DNA from: an uncultured Acidobacteriota bacterium
GTDB taxonomy: Bacteria; Acidobacteriota; Terriglobia; Acidiferrales; UBA7541
NCBI GenBank assembly: GCA_963851235.1
Contig: CAWKOM010000007.1
Location: 109,429-173,428, forward strand
Direction of reading: 5' to 3'
DNA length: 64,000 nt
A model generated the notes under the pieces. The model worked only from the letters and a program-made list of their open reading frames with translations, searched no databases and was not told where the DNA came from. The translations under genes and the position numbers were made by a program. This document shows positions 30,161 through 39,083 of the stretch, piece by piece. The first letter of the stretch is position 1, and each line of letters opens with the position of its first letter.

Positions 30161-31177
30161 CTAGCGCTCGTCGAGCATTGCGGGCCGCGGCTTCAAAATA
30201 AGTCGGCGCTTCGCCGGCATTCCGCCCTGCTTTATCTTATAAAGCAGAGCGCGATAGCTGATGTTCAAACATTGAGCCGCCAGCTTTCGATTCCATCCAC
30301 TGTTTTCCAGCACCTTGAGAATGAGCCGCCGTTCCACGTCACGGGTCACCTGGCGAGTTAGTTTCTTTAGGCATATCTTCTGCCCGGCTTCGTGCTCAGG
30401 AGTGATGTCCGAACGGATTTTCAGAAGTAACTCGCCAGCCACTATCTGTTCCGAACCCAAAATCACATACCGTCGAACTAGATTCTCCAGTTCGCGGATG
30501 TTGCCCGGCCAGTGATACTTCTGCATGAGCCCCAGGAGTTCCGAGGAAACGGGCCGCGGAGGCACGTCTTTCTTTTCCGAGTGAAGTTTCAAAAAATGAT
30601 CTACAAGGTCTGGAATGTCCAGCGCTCTCTGCCGCAGCGGCGGGAGCCAAATATCAAATGCATTGATCCGGTAAAACAAGTCCTGCCGAAAACGCCCCGC
30701 TTCAACTTCTGCTTCCAAATCGCGATTTGTCGCGGAGATGAATCGGACTCTGGGGGAGTGGTGTTCGGTGTTCCGGCCTTCAACTTCCAATAGCTTCTGC
30801 AGGAATTTCGTTTGTTCGCCGGCATCAAGGTCTGCAATGCCATCAAGAAATAAAGTCCACCCATCCGCACACTCTGGCCGTCGAGCCCCCATTTCTTTTT
30901 CATGCCAAAGGTAGCCACCGGGCACTTCGGAAGTCCCACTCTCGAAGAGGCTCTCAGGAACGGAGGAACAATTGATCTTCACAAATGGCCCCGATTCCGG
31001 AAGCAATCGTGAATATATGGCAAACGCCAACGTTTCCTTGCCCGTCCCGCTCTCCCCCCGAATGCAGACCGGAATGTTCGTATTCCGAAGTCTCTCAACC
31101 TTTTGCTGCACAACGTGCATTCCCGCACTTCTCCCAAAGATCAGAGAGTCTGGTGGAGTGGAGTGTAGATTATTCAT
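30161..31177 (-). CDS. Degenerate sigma54 enhancer-binding protein (AAA+ plus Fis-type HTH; no receiver, no GAFTGA, Walker B DE>DG)
   Basis: GESGTGKE, FVKINC, TLFLDGI, DLFYRIN, WPGNIRELEN, HTH NISYRALLYKIK; the GAFTGA loop is replaced by GTSEVPGGYLWHEKEMG. Confidence 0.85.
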   Translation of the reverse strand: MNNLHSTPPDSLIFGRSAGMHVVQQKVERLRNTNIPVCIRGESGTGKETLAFAIYSRLLPESGPFVKINCSSVPESLFESGTSEVPGGYLWHEKEMGARRPECADGWTLFLDGIADLDAGEQTKFLQKLLEVEGRNTEHHSPRVRFISATNRDLEAEVEAGRFRQDLFYRINAFDIWLPPLRQRALDIPDLVDHFLKLHSEKKDVPPRPVSSELLGLMQKYHWPGNIRELENLVRRYVILGSEQIVAGELLLKIRSDITPEHEAGQKICLKKLTRQVTRDVERRLILKVLENSGWNRKLAAQCLNISYRALLYKIKQGGMPAKRRLILKPRPAMLDER

Positions 31178-31249
31178 AAGTCGTCGCTTATAAGCGGGCC
31201 ATGGCGGTCGTTGCGTCCCAAAAACCGCACCTTCGTCACAAAAGGTGGG

Positions 31250-31264
31250 GCACTCCGAATACCA
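31250..31264 (-). promoter_or_regulatory. Candidate sigma54 -24/-12 promoter for the minus-strand EPS operon
   Basis: Minus strand TGGTATTCGGAGTGC (GG-N10-GC), 73 nt upstream of ATG 31177. Confidence 0.5.
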
Positions 31265-31506
31265 AAGCCTGCCACCCTTTGGACAGTTCGTACAAATTTT
31301 TCACATTTCCATATACCCAGTAAAATACTGAATACAATAGAGTTACGCACGACCATCCGAGCCATCACAGGGGCAGCATCGCTCTCACTGGCTACGCCAC
31401 ACCCGTGAATATAGGAAAAGTTTTTCACATGCCCAGCACCTCAATTCCTCCTGCGAGGCAGAAAACCCAGAACAAGGATTTTCACTTTAGTGATTCTGGC
31501 AGGCCG

Positions 31507-31532
31507 TAAAACTTTTTATTTCAATGAGATAG
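31507..31532 (+). promoter_or_regulatory. 26-bp AT-rich IHF-like box
   Basis: TAAAACTTTTTATTTCAATGAGATAG; 20/26 identical to 46715-46740. Confidence 0.5.
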
Positions 31533-31589
31533 CTATGGCGAGTGCGAGGGGAGGTCGCGATCAACCACATACTGCGCGGACTGTGCCCT

Positions 31590-31605
31590 TGGCAGATGAA
31601 GTGCA
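31590..31605 (+). promoter_or_regulatory. Candidate sigma54 promoter for the methyltransferase-larA-like-deacetylase-GT-C operon
   Basis: TGGCAGATGAAGTGCA (GG-N10-GC). Confidence 0.6.
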
Positions 31606-31705
31606 TTCGTAAGCTAGGTCATTTCTTGCCGGGACCCTGCGATTTCGGTGGTTGCCTCAGGAAGCGGAGTGAACCTTGAACACTTGCGACGAAAAAAGCT
31701 GTGAA

Positions 31706-32545
31706 ATGAAATCATCGGTAGTCTCTGATGATAGGAAAGTTGCTGAGTACTTTGACTCCGCTGCTGCCACTTGGCATAACATGTACACCCGTAAGGACAT
31801 ATGGGGTGAAATCCATCAGGAGCGCTTGGCAAGATTTCTGGCTTTGGCATCTAATCTGCCTTTGCCCAGGGGGAGCGAGGTGTTGGAAGTGGGATGCGGC
31901 GCGGGGCACGCTGCCGTTGCACTCGCTGAGCGTGGCCATATCGTCGAGGCGACTGATGTTTCGCAGAGTATGGTTGACCTTACAATGAACAATGCTGTTG
32001 CTGCTGGTGTTGCGGACAGAATCCACGCTACGGTCGGCGACATCTACAAAATAGACTTCAGTTCAGGCACTTTCAACTTGGTACTTTCGATCGGAGTCAT
32101 ACCCTGGCTCTCGTCCCCGGGCGCCGCCATCGAAGAACTCGCTCGTGTCCTCAAACCTGGCGGCTATCTTCTCTTTACGGCGGACAACCGCTCGCGCTTG
32201 GCGCGCTTAATCGATCCAGCTACTTCTCCACTTTTCAGTGCGATAAAAAAGTTGTTCAAGAAAATCTTCTCGTCGTCGGACCACCTAGCCCCAGAGCCAA
32301 CCGGAATTAAGTCCAATCAACATTCTCTCAAAGAGGTCGACGATTTCCTGGTGCATGCCGGACTAGAGCGCTTGCAATGCAGAACGCTTGGCTTTGGCCC
32401 TTTCACATACTTTTATCGCAAGTTCCTGCCCGACCGTTTGGAAGTAGCCGTTAACCGCTTCTTACAGCGCCTGGTCGATTTAGAAGTGCCCCTCATTCGC
32501 TCAACCGGAGCACAGTTCGTGTTACTCGCCAGGAAACGACCCTAG
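31706..32545 (+). CDS. Class I SAM-dependent methyltransferase
   Basis: VLEVGCGAG motif I, DVSQSM, FNLVLSIGV, LKPGG; ATG 31706 preferred over TTG 31676. Confidence 0.9.
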   Translation: MKSSVVSDDRKVAEYFDSAAATWHNMYTRKDIWGEIHQERLARFLALASNLPLPRGSEVLEVGCGAGHAAVALAERGHIVEATDVSQSMVDLTMNNAVAAGVADRIHATVGDIYKIDFSSGTFNLVLSIGVIPWLSSPGAAIEELARVLKPGGYLLFTADNRSRLARLIDPATSPLFSAIKKLFKKIFSSSDHLAPEPTGIKSNQHSLKEVDDFLVHAGLERLQCRTLGFGPFTYFYRKFLPDRLEVAVNRFLQRLVDLEVPLIRSTGAQFVLLARKRP

Positions 32546-32600
32546 CACACTATCGCTCGGCTCTTTCATTCAGAGGCACAATAGTCCATTCACTTCATCA

Positions 32601-33944
32601 ATGACAAACGATCGACATCTTCGGACAGGCGCTTGGCATGGAGACTCACCACTTCATCTCGATTACCCCACAGGATGGAACGTGGTAACTCATTGGCCAA
32701 ACACTCCTCCTCCTCTGACAGACGCAGAAATTTCTTGCTGTTTTGAACGGCCCGTCGGACAGCCTCGTTTGCGCGATCTTTGCAAGGGAAGTTCTCGGCC
32801 GCTCGTCTTAGTAGATGATTTGAACCGGCCTACTCCTGCCGCCAGAATCTTGCCTTTTTTGCTCAGTGAATTTGAAGCTGCAGGAATTCCCTTCTCCAAT
32901 GTCACAATCCTCATTGCCCGCGGCTCGCATGGTGAGCCTCATCCTCAATCTCTCCGGCTTAAAGTCGGGCCTCAAGTGGCGTCAACCTGCCGCGTGTTGT
33001 TGCACGATCCATACCGCAATACCAGAAAAATTGGAAAAACTTCGTTCGGGACACCCGTTCATGTGAACAAGGAAGTCTCTGACGCCGATTTTGTAATGGG
33101 TATCGGCGGAATTTATCCCAACAATACGGCTGGTTTTGGGGGCGGAGCGAAGCTGGCCTTGGGCGTTCTCGATATCCGAGTCATCTCGCAATTGCATCGA
33201 AAACATAACGGCGCGGGTTGGGGAAGGAGCGGGCTGGCAAGTAACTTTCGAAAGGACCTGGATGAGATTGCTCGTATCATCGGTCTGCAATCCTTAGTTA
33301 CTGCACACGTTAATGCTGACCGTGAGCTGATCCGGGTGCGATCTGGCGATTTCAGGCAGTACTACGAGGAAGAAGTCGAATTTGCAAGGCAAGCGTTCCG
33401 CACCCCCAAACCAAATGGAGCGGATGTCGTCATCTCCAACGCCTTCCCGAATGATCTGTCTCTCACCTTCGTGCATATGAAGGGTATCAACCCGCTTCGT
33501 CACGCGCCTCCGGGCGCCTCGCGAATTGTTCTCGGCGCTTGCAGCGAGGGAGAAGGTTTTCATGGGGTCTACCCCATTGTGCGCATGCCGCTCTTTCACG
33601 AACAAAGGGATCGTTTCCGCCGCATTTCTTTGATGACGCCGTCGGAGATTTTGCAAAAAATGGCTGAAAAGTTTAAGCGCAAACTTCACCCTGAGGTCTC
33701 GTCCGATGGGGATAGACAATCTGTTTCTCTCGAGCGATCTCCACTTCCACAGCTCCCACCGAAAAAGCCGATCTGGCTTTATCATACCGGGAACAGTTCC
33801 CAAGCTCTTCCTCCAGAAGTTCGCAGCATGAAAATTCGGTACAACTGGAATGAGATTCTGGATATTGTCCGAAGGGAACAGGATGGCCGCGAAAACCTCA
33901 GCGTTGTCGTGTACCCTTGCGCACCCCTGCAGATTATTGAGTGA
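32601..33944 (+). CDS. Lactate racemase (LarA/DUF2088) family protein, nickel-pincer-type alpha-hydroxy-acid racemase/epimerase homolog
   Basis: L.VDDLNRPTP, ARGSH, PVHVNK.V..AD, AGFGGGAK, GEG motifs match the LarA family. Confidence 0.82.
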   Translation: MTNDRHLRTGAWHGDSPLHLDYPTGWNVVTHWPNTPPPLTDAEISCCFERPVGQPRLRDLCKGSSRPLVLVDDLNRPTPAARILPFLLSEFEAAGIPFSNVTILIARGSHGEPHPQSLRLKVGPQVASTCRVLLHDPYRNTRKIGKTSFGTPVHVNKEVSDADFVMGIGGIYPNNTAGFGGGAKLALGVLDIRVISQLHRKHNGAGWGRSGLASNFRKDLDEIARIIGLQSLVTAHVNADRELIRVRSGDFRQYYEEEVEFARQAFRTPKPNGADVVISNAFPNDLSLTFVHMKGINPLRHAPPGASRIVLGACSEGEGFHGVYPIVRMPLFHEQRDRFRRISLMTPSEILQKMAEKFKRKLHPEVSSDGDRQSVSLERSPLPQLPPKKPIWLYHTGNSSQALPPEVRSMKIRYNWNEILDIVRREQDGRENLSVVVYPCAPLQIIE

Positions 33945-34066
33945 GCCTTTGGTTTAGCGCCGATTTGGGGCGCCCACTCACGGTAATCTGTTTTGCAATT
34001 TTTTGTTGAAAGGCAATCCACCCTTTGGACTGATGTCGGCGAATTTTCTTGGAGACCGGGACCGGT

Positions 34067-35062
34067 ATGAAGCAACAAGCAAAGAGAGCCATCCTAAAGA
34101 GCAGGCTCCTCTCCCTAGCTGGGCGGTGCCTCCCTCAAAGGATCGCCATTCTTAAGTATCACTCCGTCCAGGATGATCTCGGGCGCTACCTCCACTCTCT
34201 CGGGCCAGGTATTGTCCACTCCACTGCCGCATTTCGAGCCCAGATGGAAGTTGTGGCTCAACGATTCAATCCGGTAAGTCTTGATGACGTCAGTATGTTT
34301 CTCAAACAGGGCAAGGGCCTGCCGCCTAGGCCCGTAGCCATCACTTTTGACGACGGTTTTCTCGATAATGCGGAAATTGCAGCCCCTATACTGGATCGCC
34401 TAGGCATCCCTGCTGCCTTCTACATTACCGTAGACCCTGTCGAAACTGGAGGGGTCCCTTGGTTCTGTCGTTTGCGCCACGCCTTTGCCACGACGAGCAA
34501 AAAAAAATGGTTCGATTCCATCGCTAGTTGCGAACGCAACCTGCAGGACCCGGTGGATCGGAAGGCAGCCTTTAGCGTGGCTTCCGAACGCTGTGCACGT
34601 ACGGCGGGAAGTGCACTGCAGCAGTGTGTCCGCACAATTGAGCGGGAACTGGAGGTCGATCAACTCTCGGATAAGCTGATGATGACGTGGGATCACGTTC
34701 GGCTCCTCCATAAATCAGGGCACATTATTGGCTCCCATACGGTCACGCACCCCAACATGGCTCAGGTCGCCACCAGTGACCTCAACCGGGAATGCGTTGA
34801 TTCAAAGGCTGCGCTGGAAGAGAAGTTAAGCGCTCCGGTTACTCATTTTTCTTACCCCTCGCCCATTCTTCAACCTCATTGGAGTGAAGCGACCGTAAGA
34901 GCGACAGCCTCGGCTGGCTACCAAGTGGCCGTCACGAGTACTGCCGGACCCGTCAAGCATGGCAACTGTGTGCTCTCCCTTCAAAGAGTGGTGGTTCCGT
35001 CAGAAGCTGAAGAGCTTGCATGGATTTTGGAAAATTCGATGCTCGGGCGACGTTTCCCTTGA
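34067..35062 (+). CDS. Polysaccharide deacetylase (NodB/CE4)
   Basis: ILKYHSV, AITFDDG, MMTWD, IGSHTVTHP, FSYP motifs. Confidence 0.9.
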   Translation: MKQQAKRAILKSRLLSLAGRCLPQRIAILKYHSVQDDLGRYLHSLGPGIVHSTAAFRAQMEVVAQRFNPVSLDDVSMFLKQGKGLPPRPVAITFDDGFLDNAEIAAPILDRLGIPAAFYITVDPVETGGVPWFCRLRHAFATTSKKKWFDSIASCERNLQDPVDRKAAFSVASERCARTAGSALQQCVRTIERELEVDQLSDKLMMTWDHVRLLHKSGHIIGSHTVTHPNMAQVATSDLNRECVDSKAALEEKLSAPVTHFSYPSPILQPHWSEATVRATASAGYQVAVTSTAGPVKHGNCVLSLQRVVVPSEAEELAWILENSMLGRRFP

Positions 35063-35158
35063 GTCAAATTGCGCGACACAAAGTCGCTCAGGCATTTGTT
35101 GTTTATTTTGTTGAATGGCTCGTCGTACAGCTTCAATCGTTTGATCGAGGTTCGGCTA

Positions 35159-36931
35159 ATGAATGATTCGAAAGCAAGTATTGTTGGGGATCCAATCGAA
35201 GCCAGCCCCAAGCAATATGAGGTAAGTGAGCTGCGCCTGCGATCCGTTTTCTGGGCCTTGGCCGTCTTCGTTGCGGCATTTCTTACTTGGTCAGCACGCT
35301 TTAGCATCACGGTTGACGGTATGTCGTACCTGGACATCGCAGATGCCTATTTCCGCCGTGACTGGGGGATGGCGATAAATGCCTATTGGAGCCCTCTTTA
35401 TTCTTGGGCGCTCGGACTTGGTCTCTGGATCTTGAAGCCATCAACTTATTGGCAGTTTCCCGCGGTCCAATTCGTAAATTTCTTGATTTGCGTTCTAAGT
35501 CTGTGGTGTTTTGACTTCTTTTGGAGTCAGCAAGCCCAGTTTCTTTACGCCGACTCCTCAAAGACAGCCGAGAGTTGCCAAACCACTTTGCCGCTCTGGG
35601 CGTGGTTCTCCCTTGGCTATACGCTTTTCATTTGGTCCATCGCACGTGCCACAATCGTTTCGGCGGTGACCCCTGATTTGTTGGTCTCGGCGATTGTCTT
35701 CCTTGCAAGTGGTCTCATCGTCCGCATCCGCAGAGGTCATAACGGGTTCCTTACCTTTCTTCTCCTGGGACTAGTTCTTGGAGTTGGCTATCTCTGCAAA
35801 TCGGCTATGTTTGTCATCGGTTTCGTCTTTCTCGGGGTGGCTTTTCTAGCCGTGGGGGATGTTAGAAAGTCGGTCGTCAGAACCTGCGCGGCCCTTCTCG
35901 TCTTTCTAATCGTAGCCGCGCCTTTCGTAATCGCCATCTCCCGCAGCAAGCATCGCTTTACCATTGGTGATACGGCCAAAATCAATCTCGCATGGGGCGT
36001 TAATCAGAGCGCTCCCTTTTTTAACTGGCAGGGTGGTGATCCCAGAGCGGGGACTCCTAAACATTCCACTAGAAAATTGCTCTCCGTGCCGGCCGTGTAT
36101 GAATTTGCTTACCCCATCGGGGGGACCTATCCCCCTCACTATGATCCCTCGTATTGGAATGAGGGATTGACCCCTTACTTCAGCCTCAAACAACAGCTTC
36201 GAGCGTTGGTTACCAGCACGTATGCCTTTTACTCTGACTTTGTTGTTCCTCAGTCGGGGCTCCTTACAGGTGTACTTATCGCGCTGTTTATGAGCACAAG
36301 CATTTCTGCGGCTCTCCGGCGTCTCAGTAAAAATTGGCATTTGTGGTTTCCGGCGGTCGCTACAATAGGTATGTACTCATTGGTTACACTGGAGCACCGT
36401 TATGTCGGCCCGTTCGTTATTCTGCTTTGGGCCGCGGCTCTTTCCGCCATCCAGCTTCCTACTTCTCAGTTTTCGAAGAGGCTCCTCACTTGTGTCGCAA
36501 TTTTCGGGATCTTCACGCTTATGCTATCCACCGCCGAGTATTTTGGATCGCGCATCTATGAATGGAGACAGCGCTCGACAAACGGCAATTGGCAGATTGC
36601 TGATGGCCTTCTCCGGATGGGAATTCGGCAAGGACAGAAGGTGGTCTCTCTGGGGACTGCCTACAACGCTTACTGGGCTCGACTGGGCCAGTTAAAGATT
36701 GTTGCGGAAATCCCTTCCAGTGACGTCCTAACCTTTTGGGGAGGCGGCCGGGAACTGCAGTCCACGGTCATCGAAGTCTCACGCAACACAGGTGCTGCCG
36801 CGATCGTGGCGAGTGAGGTTCCTAGAGGTGCTCAGCTTCCAGGATGGCAACCTGTCGGCCAAACTGGTTTCTATGTCTTTCTGCTCCCGCCAGCGGGTCT
36901 TTCAAACTCCCAATCATCTGATTCCCGTTGA
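35159..36931 (+). CDS. Polytopic membrane protein, probable GT-C (ArnT/PMT-like) glycosyltransferase
   Basis: About 12 hydrophobic segments; acidic first loop DGMSYLDIA...NAYWSPLY; TPDLL; GYLCK; periplasmic loop. ATG 35159 has GAGG upstream. Confidence 0.6.
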   Translation: MNDSKASIVGDPIEASPKQYEVSELRLRSVFWALAVFVAAFLTWSARFSITVDGMSYLDIADAYFRRDWGMAINAYWSPLYSWALGLGLWILKPSTYWQFPAVQFVNFLICVLSLWCFDFFWSQQAQFLYADSSKTAESCQTTLPLWAWFSLGYTLFIWSIARATIVSAVTPDLLVSAIVFLASGLIVRIRRGHNGFLTFLLLGLVLGVGYLCKSAMFVIGFVFLGVAFLAVGDVRKSVVRTCAALLVFLIVAAPFVIAISRSKHRFTIGDTAKINLAWGVNQSAPFFNWQGGDPRAGTPKHSTRKLLSVPAVYEFAYPIGGTYPPHYDPSYWNEGLTPYFSLKQQLRALVTSTYAFYSDFVVPQSGLLTGVLIALFMSTSISAALRRLSKNWHLWFPAVATIGMYSLVTLEHRYVGPFVILLWAAALSAIQLPTSQFSKRLLTCVAIFGIFTLMLSTAEYFGSRIYEWRQRSTNGNWQIADGLLRMGIRQGQKVVSLGTAYNAYWARLGQLKIVAEIPSSDVLTFWGGGRELQSTVIEVSRNTGAAAIVASEVPRGAQLPGWQPVGQTGFYVFLLPPAGLSNSQSSDSR

Positions 36932-37170
36932 TTCGCCCTGGGACCCACCAGCACCTGGAGTCAATATTTGCACCGTCTGCTGTCACCTTCCCTTCGTGGC
37001 CCGGGACCATTTATGGCCGTTCCGAGGCCCATGACCGCCTTTCTGCCCCTACCCACCACTTTGAGCCTGAGGAAAGTTCATTCTTGGCGTGTGAATAGCT
37101 TTTCCCATTTCCTCCTGCAAAGCCACTTACCGGGGGACCTCCTCCTCCAGGGATAGCCGCCATATTCCGC

Positions 37171-37196
37171 TAAGTCTTTTATTTTAATACATTTAC
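37171..37196 (+). promoter_or_regulatory. 26-bp AT-rich IHF-like box
   Basis: TAAGTCTTTTATTTTAATACATTTAC; resembles YAANNNNTTGATW. Confidence 0.5.
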
Positions 37197-37251
37197 GAAA
37201 TTCTTGCCATTTGCTCCCCTGACCCTAACCGTAGCCTTTCGAGTCGGTATT

Positions 37252-37266
37252 TGGCATGTCAGGTGC
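37252..37266 (+). promoter_or_regulatory. Candidate sigma54 promoter for comA-comB-ATP-grasp operon
   Basis: TGGCATGTCAGGTGC (GG-N10-GC). Confidence 0.65.
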
Positions 37267-37413
37267 GACTCTGATGCGCTGTAAGCCTCCTGCACCATGG
37301 ATGATTGGGCCCCCTATTCGCCGTTTGAGCGAGGCCGAAAGAGCGCAGGAGAGCTGCTGGAACGCCAACAACCACGTAGCCCCCGCAGTCGGGAGAAAGC
37401 GGACTCAAAAATT

Positions 37414-38259
37414 ATGATAAGCCATAAGATCGACGACCTCGTTGAGCGGACATTAAATGCCCCTGAAGGGAAGGTCCACACCAAAGACTATCTGAAAAAA
37501 ATAGGTGTCCCCGAAATGGCCCCCGCGGTTAGTCCCTTTGATCCCGGCTATGATCCTCTAACTCTGGAGGGACACTTGGAGCAGAGTTTCCACCTAATGT
37601 CCATCCTCAAGATCTCCATGGCGTGCTGGATTATCGCGGATGAGGCTGCAACTCGCCGCAAAATTGCTGCCGCCAAGAAACACAAGGTACCCACGGTCAC
37701 CGGTGGCGGCCCGTTTGAGGTCGCTGTCGCGCAGGGACAGTTGCCGGCGTACCTTGATCTCTGCGCCGATATCGGCGTTACCCGAATCGAGTGCGGAGAA
37801 GGCTTCACGGACATGCCCTTGCAAGCCTCCGATGTCGTCAAAATGGCTCACGAGCGCGGCTTACAAGTCCAGTTCGAACTCGGCAAGAAACACACCGGTG
37901 CTTTTACCGAATCTGTGATCACCGAATTGATCGAACAAGGTCACCGCTGGCTCGACGCCGGGGCCCTGCAATTAGTCGTCGAAGCTCGCGAAAGCGCCCG
38001 CGGCGTTGGACTCTTTGACGACCAGGGAAATTTTAACGCCTCCTACGCTGACCGCTTCGCCAAAACCTTCGGCTTCAAAACCATCATATTCGAGGCCCCC
38101 AATAAACCAAGCCAGTTCGCTCTTCTCGATCACTTCGGCCCTGAAGTCCACCTTTGCAACGTCCGCTTGGAAGAGGTTCTTCGCGTCGAGATTTATCGCC
38201 GGGGCCTCCATTCTGATGCATTTTCTCGGGAAAACTTGCGTCCCCGCCGGATCGCATGA
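37414..38259 (+). CDS. comA: (2R)-phospho-3-sulfolactate synthase
   Basis: LKIS, TGGGPFE, IECGEGF, ELGKK (catalytic Lys motif), VVEARES, IFEAP.K..Q....FGP.V..CNV, EIYRRGLHSD. Alternative start ATG 37297. Confidence 0.9.
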   Translation: MISHKIDDLVERTLNAPEGKVHTKDYLKKIGVPEMAPAVSPFDPGYDPLTLEGHLEQSFHLMSILKISMACWIIADEAATRRKIAAAKKHKVPTVTGGGPFEVAVAQGQLPAYLDLCADIGVTRIECGEGFTDMPLQASDVVKMAHERGLQVQFELGKKHTGAFTESVITELIEQGHRWLDAGALQLVVEARESARGVGLFDDQGNFNASYADRFAKTFGFKTIIFEAPNKPSQFALLDHFGPEVHLCNVRLEEVLRVEIYRRGLHSDAFSRENLRPRRIA

Positions 38260-39083
38260 ACTTTGCTGAACAAGAGGACACTATGAACTCGCCAGTTTCC
38301 AAAACAGTGGTCATCGATTGTTTTCCCGAGAATGCCGGGCGGTATAAGCAGGACGGTTATGCCGTCGTGGCCATAGACGTCATCCGTGCGACGACTACAG
38401 TCAACACCGCCGTCGGTATGGGCCGCCGGTGCTTTCCTGTTGCTACCGTCGATGAAGCTCTCGCCGTGGCTGCCAATCTGGATAATCCCCTGATGGCTGG
38501 CGAGTTGGGCGGCGACATGCCGGACGGCTTTCATATTTCCAACAGCCCTGCTCTGGTTTCTCAACACAACGACATTCACCGCCCCATGGTTCTCCTCTCT
38601 ACATCGGGCACCAAGATTATCGTTGCGGCCAAGGGCAGTGCCGCTTGCTATGTCGCGAGCCTCAGAAACTACACTGCGCAAATCGAACATCTGATTAAGA
38701 ACCATGCCAAGGTTGCCGTCATCGGCGCCGGAACCCGCGGCGAGTTTCGTGAAGAGGATCAATTGTGCTGTGCCTGGATTGCTGACGGACTCGTTCAGGC
38801 AGGCTACAGCCCCGCCGACGAACAGACTGCCAAATTGATAGGACGCTGGCGAAACGCCCCCATTGAGGACATGCTCGTTAGCAACAGCGTCGCCTATCTC
38901 AAGCGAAGCGGCCAGCTCCGTGATTTAGACTTTGTCCTGGCGCATATTGACGATCAAGCTTCCGTATTCGAGCTTCAAGGCAACGAGGTTGTGATGCTTC
39001 CTCCAAACCGTGCTTCGCTCACAGAGCCGCCCGGCTATCTCGAACCGAAGTCCGCGCTCCCCCAGTTGAATGCAAACCTTTGA
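38256..39083 (+). CDS. comB: 2-phosphosulfolactate phosphatase
   Basis: VAIDVIRATTT, GELGG, F..SNSP, LSTSGT, EEDQLCC motifs; ATGA overlap with comA stop. Confidence 0.92.
   Translation: MNFAEQEDTMNSPVSKTVVIDCFPENAGRYKQDGYAVVAIDVIRATTTVNTAVGMGRRCFPVATVDEALAVAANLDNPLMAGELGGDMPDGFHISNSPALVSQHNDIHRPMVLLSTSGTKIIVAAKGSAACYVASLRNYTAQIEHLIKNHAKVAVIGAGTRGEFREEDQLCCAWIADGLVQAGYSPADEQTAKLIGRWRNAPIEDMLVSNSVAYLKRSGQLRDLDFVLAHIDDQASVFELQGNEVVMLPPNRASLTEPPGYLEPKSALPQLNANL

Noticed and set aside
37414-39083. Coenzyme M biosynthesis
   Set aside because: Only ComA/ComB are present; no ComC/ComDE or alkene-metabolism genes in the window, and the context is a glycan locus. Not excluded genome-wide.
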